Positions 9,666 to 17,859 of a DNA stretch of 64,000 nt are shown in pieces. Each line of letters begins with the position of its first letter. Position 1 is the first letter of the stretch. Both the position numbers and the translations under genes were made by a program. Location: the sequence record LR535910.1; one strand, 5' to 3'. The notes under the pieces were generated by a model that worked only from the letters and a program-made list of their open reading frames with translations, did no database searches and was not told the DNA's origin.

Positions 9666-10784
9666 ATGGCAGAAAAAACATTTGAGACATCGCTCGTCTC
9701 CTTTCTTTCTAAGTTTCCCATGCTGCTTCGCCAGCGGGCGGAATCGACGGAAGAATTCAACTCTGTGCTGTACAACGAGCACACCACGCTGGTTGAACAA
9801 AGTCTGTTGGGCTTAGATTACCTGCCAGGTATTCTGGAGAAAATCCAAATCCTGCTCGCGGGCAACCAACTTACCGCCATCTCAATTCTGGTAGGTGTTC
9901 CTGAGGTTGATATCCTTGGTACGCTTGACCAGGTTAGCACCCGTCGTAATGCCCTCGATGCGGCTGCACGTTCGGGTTCTCGCTTAGCGTCTTTCGCAAT
10001 CGGCGAGTCCTCCCGTCACACGCTGCCGTCATACGATAAAATCGGGCTTGCGGTCGGTGAATCCCGTCGCCAGAAATCCGATAACAAAGTAGCGACTGAA
10101 TCGTCCGCAGGTTCTGTGCTGCCGAACAACACGCTGAAGCTCCTGCATGATCAAGAAGGTCTGTCCAACGGTAAAGTGTTCTCTGTTACCTTCGAACGTG
10201 ACGGTAATAAAGTCGAGCTGCCGATGCGTCTGCGTCTTGATGTGAAGTCTCTGCCGACCGACGAAATGAAAACGCTCATTGCGTTCAGCGATCAAACCAA
10301 AACCTTCTGGGAACGTGTGCTGCGTGCGAAGGTCGGTTCTCTCAGCTACGCGAAAGATATCGCGCTGTGTAATGACCTCATTGAAGAATACCGTAAGAAC
10401 CGCTTCCGTGATAAGTCCGGTTATTACCGTAAGATGATGGAAAAGAAAAACGCCAACTGGCTGTCTGGCCTGCTGACGCTGAGCCCATCCATCAACAACG
10501 CGTCTTCGGTTATGGTGGTTTCTCAAGAAACTATCGACGATCTGACTGCTCAGCTGGGCGGTGACTTCGATGATTACAATATCCGCCAGCGTGTGTTCAA
10601 AGACACCCTGACTGTTTACTACGTGGTTGTCGACCAGACCTGGAACCGTGTAACCATTTATACGCGTGGCCAGACCGGGTCTCAAGAACTCGACAAATCA
10701 GACTTTAGCAAGGCGAAGTCCGGTAGCGGCGATGTAAACAAAATCATCGATGCCTATCGCGTCGGCGCGAATCCGGTACTGTAA
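9666..10784 (+). CDS. Head protein (SPN3US gp50/phiKZ gp89-like)
   Basis: 372 aa; VGES and ATES candidate AxE/GxE sites; synteny. Confidence 0.7.
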   Translation: MAEKTFETSLVSFLSKFPMLLRQRAESTEEFNSVLYNEHTTLVEQSLLGLDYLPGILEKIQILLAGNQLTAISILVGVPEVDILGTLDQVSTRRNALDAAARSGSRLASFAIGESSRHTLPSYDKIGLAVGESRRQKSDNKVATESSAGSVLPNNTLKLLHDQEGLSNGKVFSVTFERDGNKVELPMRLRLDVKSLPTDEMKTLIAFSDQTKTFWERVLRAKVGSLSYAKDIALCNDLIEEYRKNRFRDKSGYYRKMMEKKNANWLSGLLTLSPSINNASSVMVVSQETIDDLTAQLGGDFDDYNIRQRVFKDTLTVYYVVVDQTWNRVTIYTRGQTGSQELDKSDFSKAKSGSGDVNKIIDAYRVGANPVL

Positions 10785-10794
10785 GGGGAAAAGA

Positions 10795-11727
10795 ATGCCG
10801 ATTCCGAATATGTTGGCGATGTTGCTGCCGAGCTTCGAAGCCACGAACTTAAAAAACCAACTGTCATCTAACTGCGACTCGATTGCTGCGTTAGAGCCAC
10901 AGTTCCAGAACCTCCAGGAACTGGTGGGAAGTGTCCAGGGTAAGCCATTTAAAGCGAAGCCTGTTGCAGACCTTTCTACTGAAATCGTTAAGTACCTGCA
11001 TAGCTCCGGTTTGGAAGTTAAAGGGTTACGTAACGCAAGTATGCTGGAGTACGTCATCGCGTCTATGCAGAACGTACAGGCGCTGCGACCTTTCCTGGAG
11101 CAGTGTATCGACCGCGACATCGGGAAGACGTTGGTGACTTCATCTCTAACGTTCAACAAACAAACCGTGTTGCAGTTGCTGGATATGATCGAATTCTTCG
11201 TCGGTTACGCTAGCACCCTGATTAACTACATCACGGCCGAAGAGATTGCCGCTGTACAAGACTCGAACATTGCAGTGAAGGGAATCGGTCCGAAAGACCT
11301 TCAGTATCTGCAAACCCGTAAGACGTCTTTCTGTATTGCGGTGCGCGTCCTGGCAACCCCCATTACCAAACTGAAAGCAGACTACGCTGAGATACCTGAA
11401 GCGGTGTTTGACGAAGAGACATATAGCCAATTGGTTCAGCAGTTCGGTTCGAACACCACTGATCCACTGGGTATGTCCTCCGTTCCGTTCCCGCTGTCAA
11501 TTGTCTACCGCGTGCGTCTGAATATTGCAGAATGGCAAATGGATCGTTATGACGAGTGCGTGGAAGCCGCGAAAGCGACTGAGCTGCGTATTCTGTTGTA
11601 CAAGAAACAACAGGCTGCCGGTGAAGGGGACGTGCACATTGAGAAACTCATCGAAGCACACGAAAAGCGCTTGATGGAACTCAAGTACAAACGTGAACGT
11701 CTGGAGAAAAAATACGGTCTGGTTTAA
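10795..11727 (+). CDS. Head protein (SPN3US gp51/phiKZ gp90-like)
   Basis: 310 aa from ATG 10795 with AAGGGG RBS (track start 10750 is upstream); helical. Confidence 0.7.
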   Translation: MPIPNMLAMLLPSFEATNLKNQLSSNCDSIAALEPQFQNLQELVGSVQGKPFKAKPVADLSTEIVKYLHSSGLEVKGLRNASMLEYVIASMQNVQALRPFLEQCIDRDIGKTLVTSSLTFNKQTVLQLLDMIEFFVGYASTLINYITAEEIAAVQDSNIAVKGIGPKDLQYLQTRKTSFCIAVRVLATPITKLKADYAEIPEAVFDEETYSQLVQQFGSNTTDPLGMSSVPFPLSIVYRVRLNIAEWQMDRYDECVEAAKATELRILLYKKQQAAGEGDVHIEKLIEAHEKRLMELKYKRERLEKKYGLV

Positions 11728-11750
11728 GGCCGTATTATCAGGAGAGTCTC

Positions 11751-12308
11751 ATGTTTGACAATGACCAGAATTTTAACCTCGCCGAGAAGTTGATTAAAAA
11801 CTACATGGCGAAACTGACCCAAAACCCCGTGCTGGTTCATGATGACGAACTGATACATGAAACCCTGGAAGCTGCAGCCGTTGTGCTGCCGTATTTCCGC
11901 ATGATGGGCGCTGACTCTGTCCAACAAGTATTATATGACGAATATCCGCAGGTCGGTTTTACGTTTAATACGTTTTATAACGAATCTGCATCGTTCATAC
12001 TTGACGGTAAACGCCGTACAGTGTCAACAGGACAGTGGTCCGTTCTTCTGGTATCGTACATGAACGATATCCACTCTACTAAGCAAGTAGAGCGAACCGG
12101 TTCCCTGGGCTCACGACTTCTTGCTGCGGCTTACGGTCGTAGTGGGCAAGTTCGCCAAATGGGAACTGCGCATCAGACGTACACGCCTGACCGGCGTCTA
12201 TTATCTTATGCAGACCACGAACTGCTGGCACGTTGGTTGACACGTCCGAACGGGTTATCCGATATGATCTCGTCGTTAGCAGTGTTTTTAAAAATCGCAC
12301 GTCCCTAA
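11751..12308 (+). CDS. Head protein (SPN3US gp52-like)
   Basis: 185 aa; AGGAG RBS; within the head operon. Confidence 0.7.
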   Translation: MFDNDQNFNLAEKLIKNYMAKLTQNPVLVHDDELIHETLEAAAVVLPYFRMMGADSVQQVLYDEYPQVGFTFNTFYNESASFILDGKRRTVSTGQWSVLLVSYMNDIHSTKQVERTGSLGSRLLAAAYGRSGQVRQMGTAHQTYTPDRRLLSYADHELLARWLTRPNGLSDMISSLAVFLKIARP

Positions 12309-12364
12309 GGGGGCCCCTTATCTAGGGGCGTGTAATTGGGTTATAACCAAAGGAACCGAAACAA

Positions 12365-13642
12365 ATGGCAAACTTTGTAAAAAGTAAACTCGCCCGCGAG
12401 TCCGTTGAAGCTACCGGCGACGTAATCGACGGTCTGAGCAACGTTGAACCGGCAGAAGAGAACATCGACGTTCAGCTGGCAGAAGTTGCGTCTATCGACG
12501 GTCAGCTGGAACAGCTCGATGGTGACCAGGAAACTCTGGCTGCTGATACCGAGCGTACCGAAGCTGCTATCGACGCTGCTGACGAAAAAATCGAAAACGG
12601 TGAAGAGATGCCTGAAGAAGCCATCGCTCACACCGAAGTGGCGCAGGAATCTATCCGTAAACGTTGGGCTATCGATCGTACCAAACTGGCACGCGAATCT
12701 TATCGCCGTGGCCGTGGCATGACCAAAGCAGCTCAGGAAGGCTGGAAAGAAACCCTGAAAGATCTGTTCAAGCGCTTCGTTGAACTGTGTAAAGCAGTTA
12801 TCGCGAAAGCGAAAGAGCTGAAACTGAAATACATCAACGTTGGTAAGTCTGCACAGAAACGTGCGAAAGCTTACCAAGAGATGCTGCGTAAGCTCGGTAA
12901 GCAGAAGAAAGAAAACATCTCTGGCGGCTTTATTAGCAAACTGTCTATCGAAGGCGACTTCGATGTGGCCAACTCCATCGCTATCGCGAAAGAGCTGACC
13001 GGCGGTAAAGCGAAAGACGCTATCAACAAGCTGTCCTCTCAGGCGTCCGAATCTGCTGTAGCGATCACCAAAACCGCAGAAGGTACTGCAACGGCTGCTA
13101 AAGGCGCTGTTGATGTTGCCCTGTTCGGTACCGCTGCTAAGAAACTGCGCACCCTGCCGCAGTTCGAAGATGGCGAAGGCGGTCAGAAAGTTCTGGCACT
13201 GCCAGGCAACGCCTATGTGCAGATCGGTAGCAAAACTCTGGCCGGCGGCCAGGACTTCACTGCGGTGGCGTTCCTGTCAACTGGCGACTCTACCGACACG
13301 AAAGAGATTGCTACCCCGGCAATTACCGCACTGGCGTCTGCAGCAACCGCTCTTGATGCGATCGGTAAAGGCTTCGAGAAAGTGCTGCAGGACTTCCGCT
13401 CCTATGACGCCGATGTTGAGAAACTGGAGCAGGCTGCTAGCAAAGCTGCTGCTGCCCTGGATAAATCCAACGACGAAGGCGAGTGGGAAGCACTGCGTAA
13501 TGCACGTACTGCAGCCGACCAGGCTGTGCGTAACTACCAGACTCTGAACCGTGCCGTGGCGCATGTTGGTAACACTGTTATCAGCGGCCTGAACGGTTAC
13601 ATCGGTGCTGGTATCGGCGCGTACGAAAAGTCTAAAGCTTAA
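12365..13642 (+). CDS. Abundant inner head protein, phiKZ gp93 family (SPN3US gp53-like)
   Basis: 425 aa; acidic propeptide with ARES, AQES, ARES, AQEG sites; strong high-expression codon bias; paralog of next gene. Confidence 0.85.
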   Translation: MANFVKSKLARESVEATGDVIDGLSNVEPAEENIDVQLAEVASIDGQLEQLDGDQETLAADTERTEAAIDAADEKIENGEEMPEEAIAHTEVAQESIRKRWAIDRTKLARESYRRGRGMTKAAQEGWKETLKDLFKRFVELCKAVIAKAKELKLKYINVGKSAQKRAKAYQEMLRKLGKQKKENISGGFISKLSIEGDFDVANSIAIAKELTGGKAKDAINKLSSQASESAVAITKTAEGTATAAKGAVDVALFGTAAKKLRTLPQFEDGEGGQKVLALPGNAYVQIGSKTLAGGQDFTAVAFLSTGDSTDTKEIATPAITALASAATALDAIGKGFEKVLQDFRSYDADVEKLEQAASKAAAALDKSNDEGEWEALRNARTAADQAVRNYQTLNRAVAHVGNTVISGLNGYIGAGIGAYEKSKA

Positions 13643-13682
13643 TCCGCTTTACGTACCAAACGTCGGTTGACAAATCATTAAT

Positions 13683-13703
13683 GGCGGTACACGGCGTACC
13701 GCC
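13683..13703 (+). promoter_or_regulatory. Perfect hairpin directly 5' of the RBS of the second inner-head gene
   Basis: GGCGGTAC-ACGGC-GTACCGCC, no U-tract, followed by AGAGGA RBS. Confidence 0.5.
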
Positions 13704-13719
13704 TAGAGGATAGAAAAAG

Positions 13720-14979
13720 ATGGCTAACTTTGTAAAAAGTAAACTCGCGCGTGAATCTGTCGAAGGTACAGGTACTGTCGTTCCGGACGGTATCGAGCTG
13801 CCGGCTGAGTCCGTAGAAGGTACTCTGGCTGACATCGAGCACGACACCAAACCGATCGACCAGCTGGATGCTGAAGCAGATGTGCTGGCAGAAGACGGCG
13901 ACGAAACCGACGCGCAGCTGGAAGCAGTCGATGCTGCTGAAGCTGCTGCTGACGGTGAAGGTGAAGATGGCGAAGAGCCAATGGAAGTGGAAGAAGATAT
14001 GCCTGACGAAGCTGCTGAGCAGCTGGACGTTGCGCAGGAATCTATCCGTAAACGTTGGGCATTCGACCACCGCGTAAGCGTTGCGCAGGAATCTTACGGT
14101 GCACGTAAGCGCCGCCAGGTTGCTCGTGAAAGCCTGTGGGACGACATCAAAGCGTTCCTGCAGCGCATCTACGACTGGCTGAAAGAACAAGGCCGTAAGG
14201 TTAAAGACCGTTGGCTGAAGTTCAGCAACCAGGGTAAATCCATTCAGGCGCGTGCTAAGAAATATGACGCTGCTCTGCGTGGCCTGGGCAAGCAGAAGAA
14301 AGACACCGTTAGCGGTGGGTTCATTAAGAACCTGACCACCGGTGGTAAGTTCGTCGGTGACGACATCAACGTCCTGAAAGGCGTTCTGTCTTCTATCGGC
14401 AGCATCTACGGTGAGCAGGATGCAGTTGTTGCAGCCGCTACCACTATGGTTGGCGCAGTTGAAGGCGGCAAACTGGGCTCTGGCTTTGCAGCAGCGGTTA
14501 ACAAAGCAACTGCAGGTAAAGCGGGCGAAGTTCAGCTGCTGGGCAACCAGATCGGTAAAGCCGAAGTGAAAGTGAACGGGGATGACCTGGAAGCTTCCTT
14601 CAATGTTATCGACGCCGAAGGTAGCGTAGAGCAGTCTGTTTCTACTCCGTCTGCTCAGACTCTGTCTTCCCTGGTTGCGTTCTTCAACCAGCTGGGTAAA
14701 GCAGTCGAAGAGAACGTGAAAGCATACCACAAAAATAACCAGGCTCAAGAGCGTTACGAGCAGGCTATTGAGAAACTGCTGAAACGTATCGACGGCGTGA
14801 AGATCGACGACAACGCAGAACTGACTTCCAACGTCCGTGTTGCACGTCGTGCAATCACCGTTGCGAACCAGTACATCTCCTGGACCGAACGTTGCGTTGC
14901 AACCGGCCAGAAAAACCTGATCGCCGGCGTTAACGGCTACATCAGCGCTGGTATCGCTGCGTACGAAAAGTCTAAGTAA
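13720..14979 (+). CDS. Abundant inner head protein, phiKZ gp93 family (SPN3US gp54-like)
   Basis: 419 aa; same first 15 aa (MANFVKSKLARESVE) as the preceding gene; repeated AQES/ARES sites. Confidence 0.85.
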   Translation: MANFVKSKLARESVEGTGTVVPDGIELPAESVEGTLADIEHDTKPIDQLDAEADVLAEDGDETDAQLEAVDAAEAAADGEGEDGEEPMEVEEDMPDEAAEQLDVAQESIRKRWAFDHRVSVAQESYGARKRRQVARESLWDDIKAFLQRIYDWLKEQGRKVKDRWLKFSNQGKSIQARAKKYDAALRGLGKQKKDTVSGGFIKNLTTGGKFVGDDINVLKGVLSSIGSIYGEQDAVVAAATTMVGAVEGGKLGSGFAAAVNKATAGKAGEVQLLGNQIGKAEVKVNGDDLEASFNVIDAEGSVEQSVSTPSAQTLSSLVAFFNQLGKAVEENVKAYHKNNQAQERYEQAIEKLLKRIDGVKIDDNAELTSNVRVARRAITVANQYISWTERCVATGQKNLIAGVNGYISAGIAAYEKSK

Positions 14980-14990
14980 TTAGACTGGCG

Positions 14991-15032
14991 AATCCCCCAC
15001 TTCGGTGGGGGATTTACCTTTTCTTTTTTTTT
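14991..15032 (+). terminator. Intrinsic terminator
   Basis: AATCCCCCAC-TTCG-GTGGGGGATT plus T-tract. Confidence 0.9.
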
Positions 15033-15050
15033 GTCTCAGATTAGAAAAGA

Positions 15051-15075
15051 TTTCAGATATATATTACCTAGGTGA
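15051..15075 (+). promoter_or_regulatory. Early (virion RNAP) promoter
   Basis: TTTCAGATATATATTACCTAGGTGA, identical to 23555-23579; contains the TATATTAC core known from phiKZ early promoters. Confidence 0.85.
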
Positions 15076-15117
15076 GATTGCATTGGTAATCTTTTAACCG
15101 ACTATCACTTAAGGAAT

Positions 15118-15879
15118 ATGAAAATGAAAACTATCAATCTGCTTACTCTGGCTAATGGCTCTATCGAACGTAGCGAAGATGACGGTGCTATCCTGCAAGC
15201 AACCAACGGCTTTAAAATTATACTGTCCCCAATTCAATTCACCGGCTTACAAGTCTGGCTGCGCGAAATCAACAAACGCAAACTACCGCGCCGTATGGCG
15301 GTTGGCGACCTGCTCTTTACACTGGATAACGTTGACGGTGTTAAACCGGAACTGTACGAAGTTCAGTACAAAGCCGCAGTCGATACACTGCGCCTGAAGA
15401 AAGGGGAAGAAATCAAATTCATTCCGGTGACCTATAATGGTAACAATTACCTGCAGATGGAAGACACTCCGTTCGCTGCGCACGTCACTGACACTGCTGT
15501 TGAATTGGTCATTGCCTTTGGTCTGGTTGCGACTCCGGCGGTACTGGAAATCAGCGAAGACCCACTGCAAGATTTCGGTACGCTGTTCGATACCATGCTG
15601 GGTGGCATGAAGCTCGGGAATATCACCAAGGTCATCCGCCGTATTCCGATTCTGAATGCGCAGCCGAAAGTGATGACCCTGGCAGAAAGCATGATGGAAC
15701 ACCCGGAGCTGACTGCTGAAGAAATTCAGGCGCAAGAAGACGCAATTGAAGAAGAACGTCAGAACGCCCAGCGTGAAGCCATGAAGCCGTTCCGTGGTTT
15801 CCTGGATGCTATCTTCGACTGTGCGAACTCGCTGATGAAACCAGTTGAAGTGAAAACCGCTGAAGAACCAGCAGCGTAA
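15118..15879 (+). CDS. Hypothetical early protein
   Basis: 253 aa; AAGGA RBS; downstream of early promoter. Confidence 0.85.
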   Translation: MKMKTINLLTLANGSIERSEDDGAILQATNGFKIILSPIQFTGLQVWLREINKRKLPRRMAVGDLLFTLDNVDGVKPELYEVQYKAAVDTLRLKKGEEIKFIPVTYNGNNYLQMEDTPFAAHVTDTAVELVIAFGLVATPAVLEISEDPLQDFGTLFDTMLGGMKLGNITKVIRRIPILNAQPKVMTLAESMMEHPELTAEEIQAQEDAIEEERQNAQREAMKPFRGFLDAIFDCANSLMKPVEVKTAEEPAA

Positions 15880-15882
15880 ATA

Positions 15883-15905
15883 TTACGTTAGCCTGAAACC
15901 GTATG
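15883..15905 (+). promoter_or_regulatory. TTAC-N15-TATG putative middle promoter
   Basis: TTAC 15883-86, TATG 15902-05; same spacing at about ten intergenic sites. Confidence 0.6.
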
Positions 15906-15937
15906 TAATCGACCATTAATCTTAAGGAGTATTTATA

Positions 15938-16483
15938 ATGAAACGTGTCAATCTTAAAGATATTATTAGCGTAAGTAACGATAAATCATCGCCCCTTTGG
16001 GATGAGGTTACTACGCTGCAATTTAGTACCAGTGTCATGGCAATCCCACGTCCAGTTATGATTGGTCTGGGCGTATTCATTTTAGAATGCGACCGTCGTT
16101 CAGCAGGCACGCACATTCTAACGTACGGTGGGTACGAGTTTGTCGTCGAAAGCGAACTTAACAAACATTGCTCAGAGGGCATCATCGGTCTTTGGAAATA
16201 CTTAATCGATGCGGGATTGTCCGACATGTCTAAAGTCTGTAGTCACGATTACGGTAAGTTGGAACATTTTGTTCGTCGTAACGGTGAGCGTGTTCCGGTG
16301 ACGATTGATGGTTACCAGACCAAAATGGTCACCGCGCCTTACAGCGCTGAGGGGATACGTGCAACGCTTTACATTCGCCAGACGCTCGTACGTGATGACC
16401 TGTTAGACGAAGCAGAGCAAACTCTACATGGTCGTGTTGTGAACCTCGCACCGTCTTACGACGCGCAGCGTATGGTTCAATGA
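15938..16483 (+). CDS. Hypothetical protein
   Basis: 181 aa; TAAGGAG RBS inside the conserved leader. Confidence 0.85.
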   Translation: MKRVNLKDIISVSNDKSSPLWDEVTTLQFSTSVMAIPRPVMIGLGVFILECDRRSAGTHILTYGGYEFVVESELNKHCSEGIIGLWKYLIDAGLSDMSKVCSHDYGKLEHFVRRNGERVPVTIDGYQTKMVTAPYSAEGIRATLYIRQTLVRDDLLDEAEQTLHGRVVNLAPSYDAQRMVQ

Positions 16484-16489
16484 TTTAAT

Positions 16490-16519
16490 AAGGTGGCCTA
16501 ACAAGCCACCTTCTTTTTT
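16490..16519 (+). terminator. Intrinsic terminator
   Basis: AAGGTGGC-CTAACAA-GCCACCTT plus T-tract. Confidence 0.8.
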
Positions 16520-16527
16520 GGGATTGT

Positions 16528-16902
16528 GTGATGACTGATAAATTTAAATTTGAGATGACGCCAGAAACCGCAAACGTAGAACCGCAGATTCGCCTCCGTG
16601 TACGAGATGACGAATACTGTCTAGCGATAGTTGAAGAAGACCTGGCAGAGGCCTTGTTGTTGCTCGGCGACAGAGAATGGCTTGGCACGCTAACTATTAG
16701 GCTTAAGAGGCCATTGGTTGGTAGTGGGATGTTTGCAGGTTGCTGTACGAACAGTCTGTTGGTCGAAGTGGATGCCAGAACGGTATCACTGTCGGTGATT
16801 CTGGACTATCCGGTGACATTCTCGTATAGCCGTCTTGAATTTAGTCGTTATTTACGTCGCGCAATGAAAGAATTATCTAAAGCCCGTAGGAGCAAACCGT
16901 GA
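16528..16902 (+). CDS. Hypothetical protein
   Basis: 124 aa; GTGA overlap with DHFR start. Confidence 0.8.
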   Translation: MMTDKFKFEMTPETANVEPQIRLRVRDDEYCLAIVEEDLAEALLLLGDREWLGTLTIRLKRPLVGSGMFAGCCTNSLLVEVDARTVSLSVILDYPVTFSYSRLEFSRYLRRAMKELSKARRSKP

Positions 16903-17450
16903 AACTCTCTATTATCGTCGCGATGGACCGCAACAACGCCATCGGTAAAAACAACGAACTGCCGTGGCGTCTGCCTGCCGACCTGGCTAACTTTAAGGCA
17001 ATCACCACAGGGAAGAACGTTATCATGGGCAGTAAGACCTGGGAATCGTTAGGTTGTCGTCCTTTGCCTAACCGCGGCAACTTAATTGTTACTCGTAACC
17101 CAGAAGGGTATATCAGTGGCCGGGAAGAACACACGGACATGCGTCTGGTGACGTTTCACACGAGTATTGATTTAGCCATCAAAGCTCTGGAACGTATCGA
17201 GAAAGATACCGGGAAAGAGCAAGAGGTGATGATTATTGGCGGCGCATCAATTTATCAACAAACCCTCGCTCGTGCGGATCGTATTTATCTATCGCGTATT
17301 GACATTGCTGTTGAAGGTGCAGATGCTTTCTTCCCAGAAATCGACAGAGATGTTTTTCAAGTCGACTATACCATGACCCATTTACCCGACGGCCAGAAAC
17401 ACACGCACCGTTGGACGTATCAAATTTTAAATCGTATCGCTGGAGTTTAA
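16899..17450 (+). CDS. folA: Dihydrofolate reductase
   Basis: IVAMDRNNAIGKNNELPWRLPADLANFK, VIMGSKTWES, RPLPNRGNLIVTR, IIGGASIYQQ, DAFFP are canonical DHFR motifs. Confidence 0.97.
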   Translation: MKLSIIVAMDRNNAIGKNNELPWRLPADLANFKAITTGKNVIMGSKTWESLGCRPLPNRGNLIVTRNPEGYISGREEHTDMRLVTFHTSIDLAIKALERIEKDTGKEQEVMIIGGASIYQQTLARADRIYLSRIDIAVEGADAFFPEIDRDVFQVDYTMTHLPDGQKHTHRWTYQILNRIAGV

Positions 17451-17451
17451 A

Positions 17452-17781
17452 GTGGAAAAGAAATCTGTTAAGGGTTACGTGATGGAAGTAACCCCAAAAG
17501 CGGCTGAACTGGCGAGAGAATATACCGGATGTATCGTGCCACTGACCTCAATCGTGGTGTGTGAGGGTTCCTTCTATCTCATCTTCGGCAGTAATGAGCC
17601 GGTCTATGCGCACATCAATGACCCTGATCAGGTTACAGCCCTCTCTATCGCGATGGGTAAAACGGTATCAGACAAGATGATTGAATTCGTTGTCGGGAAA
17701 ACGATGGACATTATCCGCAATCCGGTTGGACACAGCGGAATAAAATGTAAGAAGTGGCAGCTAGCTTGGCTGGCACACTAA
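17452..17781 (+). CDS. Hypothetical protein
   Basis: 109 aa; GGAG RBS; followed by terminator. Confidence 0.8.
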   Translation: MEKKSVKGYVMEVTPKAAELAREYTGCIVPLTSIVVCEGSFYLIFGSNEPVYAHINDPDQVTALSIAMGKTVSDKMIEFVVGKTMDIIRNPVGHSGIKCKKWQLAWLAH

Positions 17782-17787
17782 AACACG

Positions 17788-17818
17788 AAGGGAGTTTCGG
17801 CTCCCTTTCTTTTTTTTT
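17788..17818 (+). terminator. Intrinsic terminator
   Basis: AAGGGAGT-TTCG-GCTCCCTT plus T-tract. Confidence 0.85.
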
Positions 17819-17839
17819 GCGTTTTAGGCCAGTGATATG
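17817..17839 (+). promoter_or_regulatory. TTGC-N15-TATG putative middle/late promoter
   Basis: TATG 17836-39 matches the phiKZ late start-site consensus; variant upstream box at the same spacing. Confidence 0.5.
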
Positions 17840-17859
17840 ACTACAACGAGGGACAGCTA

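Noticed and set aside
13667-13695. TTGACA sigma70-like -35 box upstream of the second inner-head gene
   Set aside because: No acceptable -10 at 16-18 nt, and these phages use their own RNAPs
13678-14748. 356-aa antisense ORF opposite an inner-head gene (also 12341-12877)
   Set aside because: Same codon-bias shadow effect
12365-14979. Inner-head paralogs as a diversity-generating retroelement template/variable pair
   Set aside because: Differences are not adenine-specific, identity blocks are short, and no reverse transcriptase is in the window
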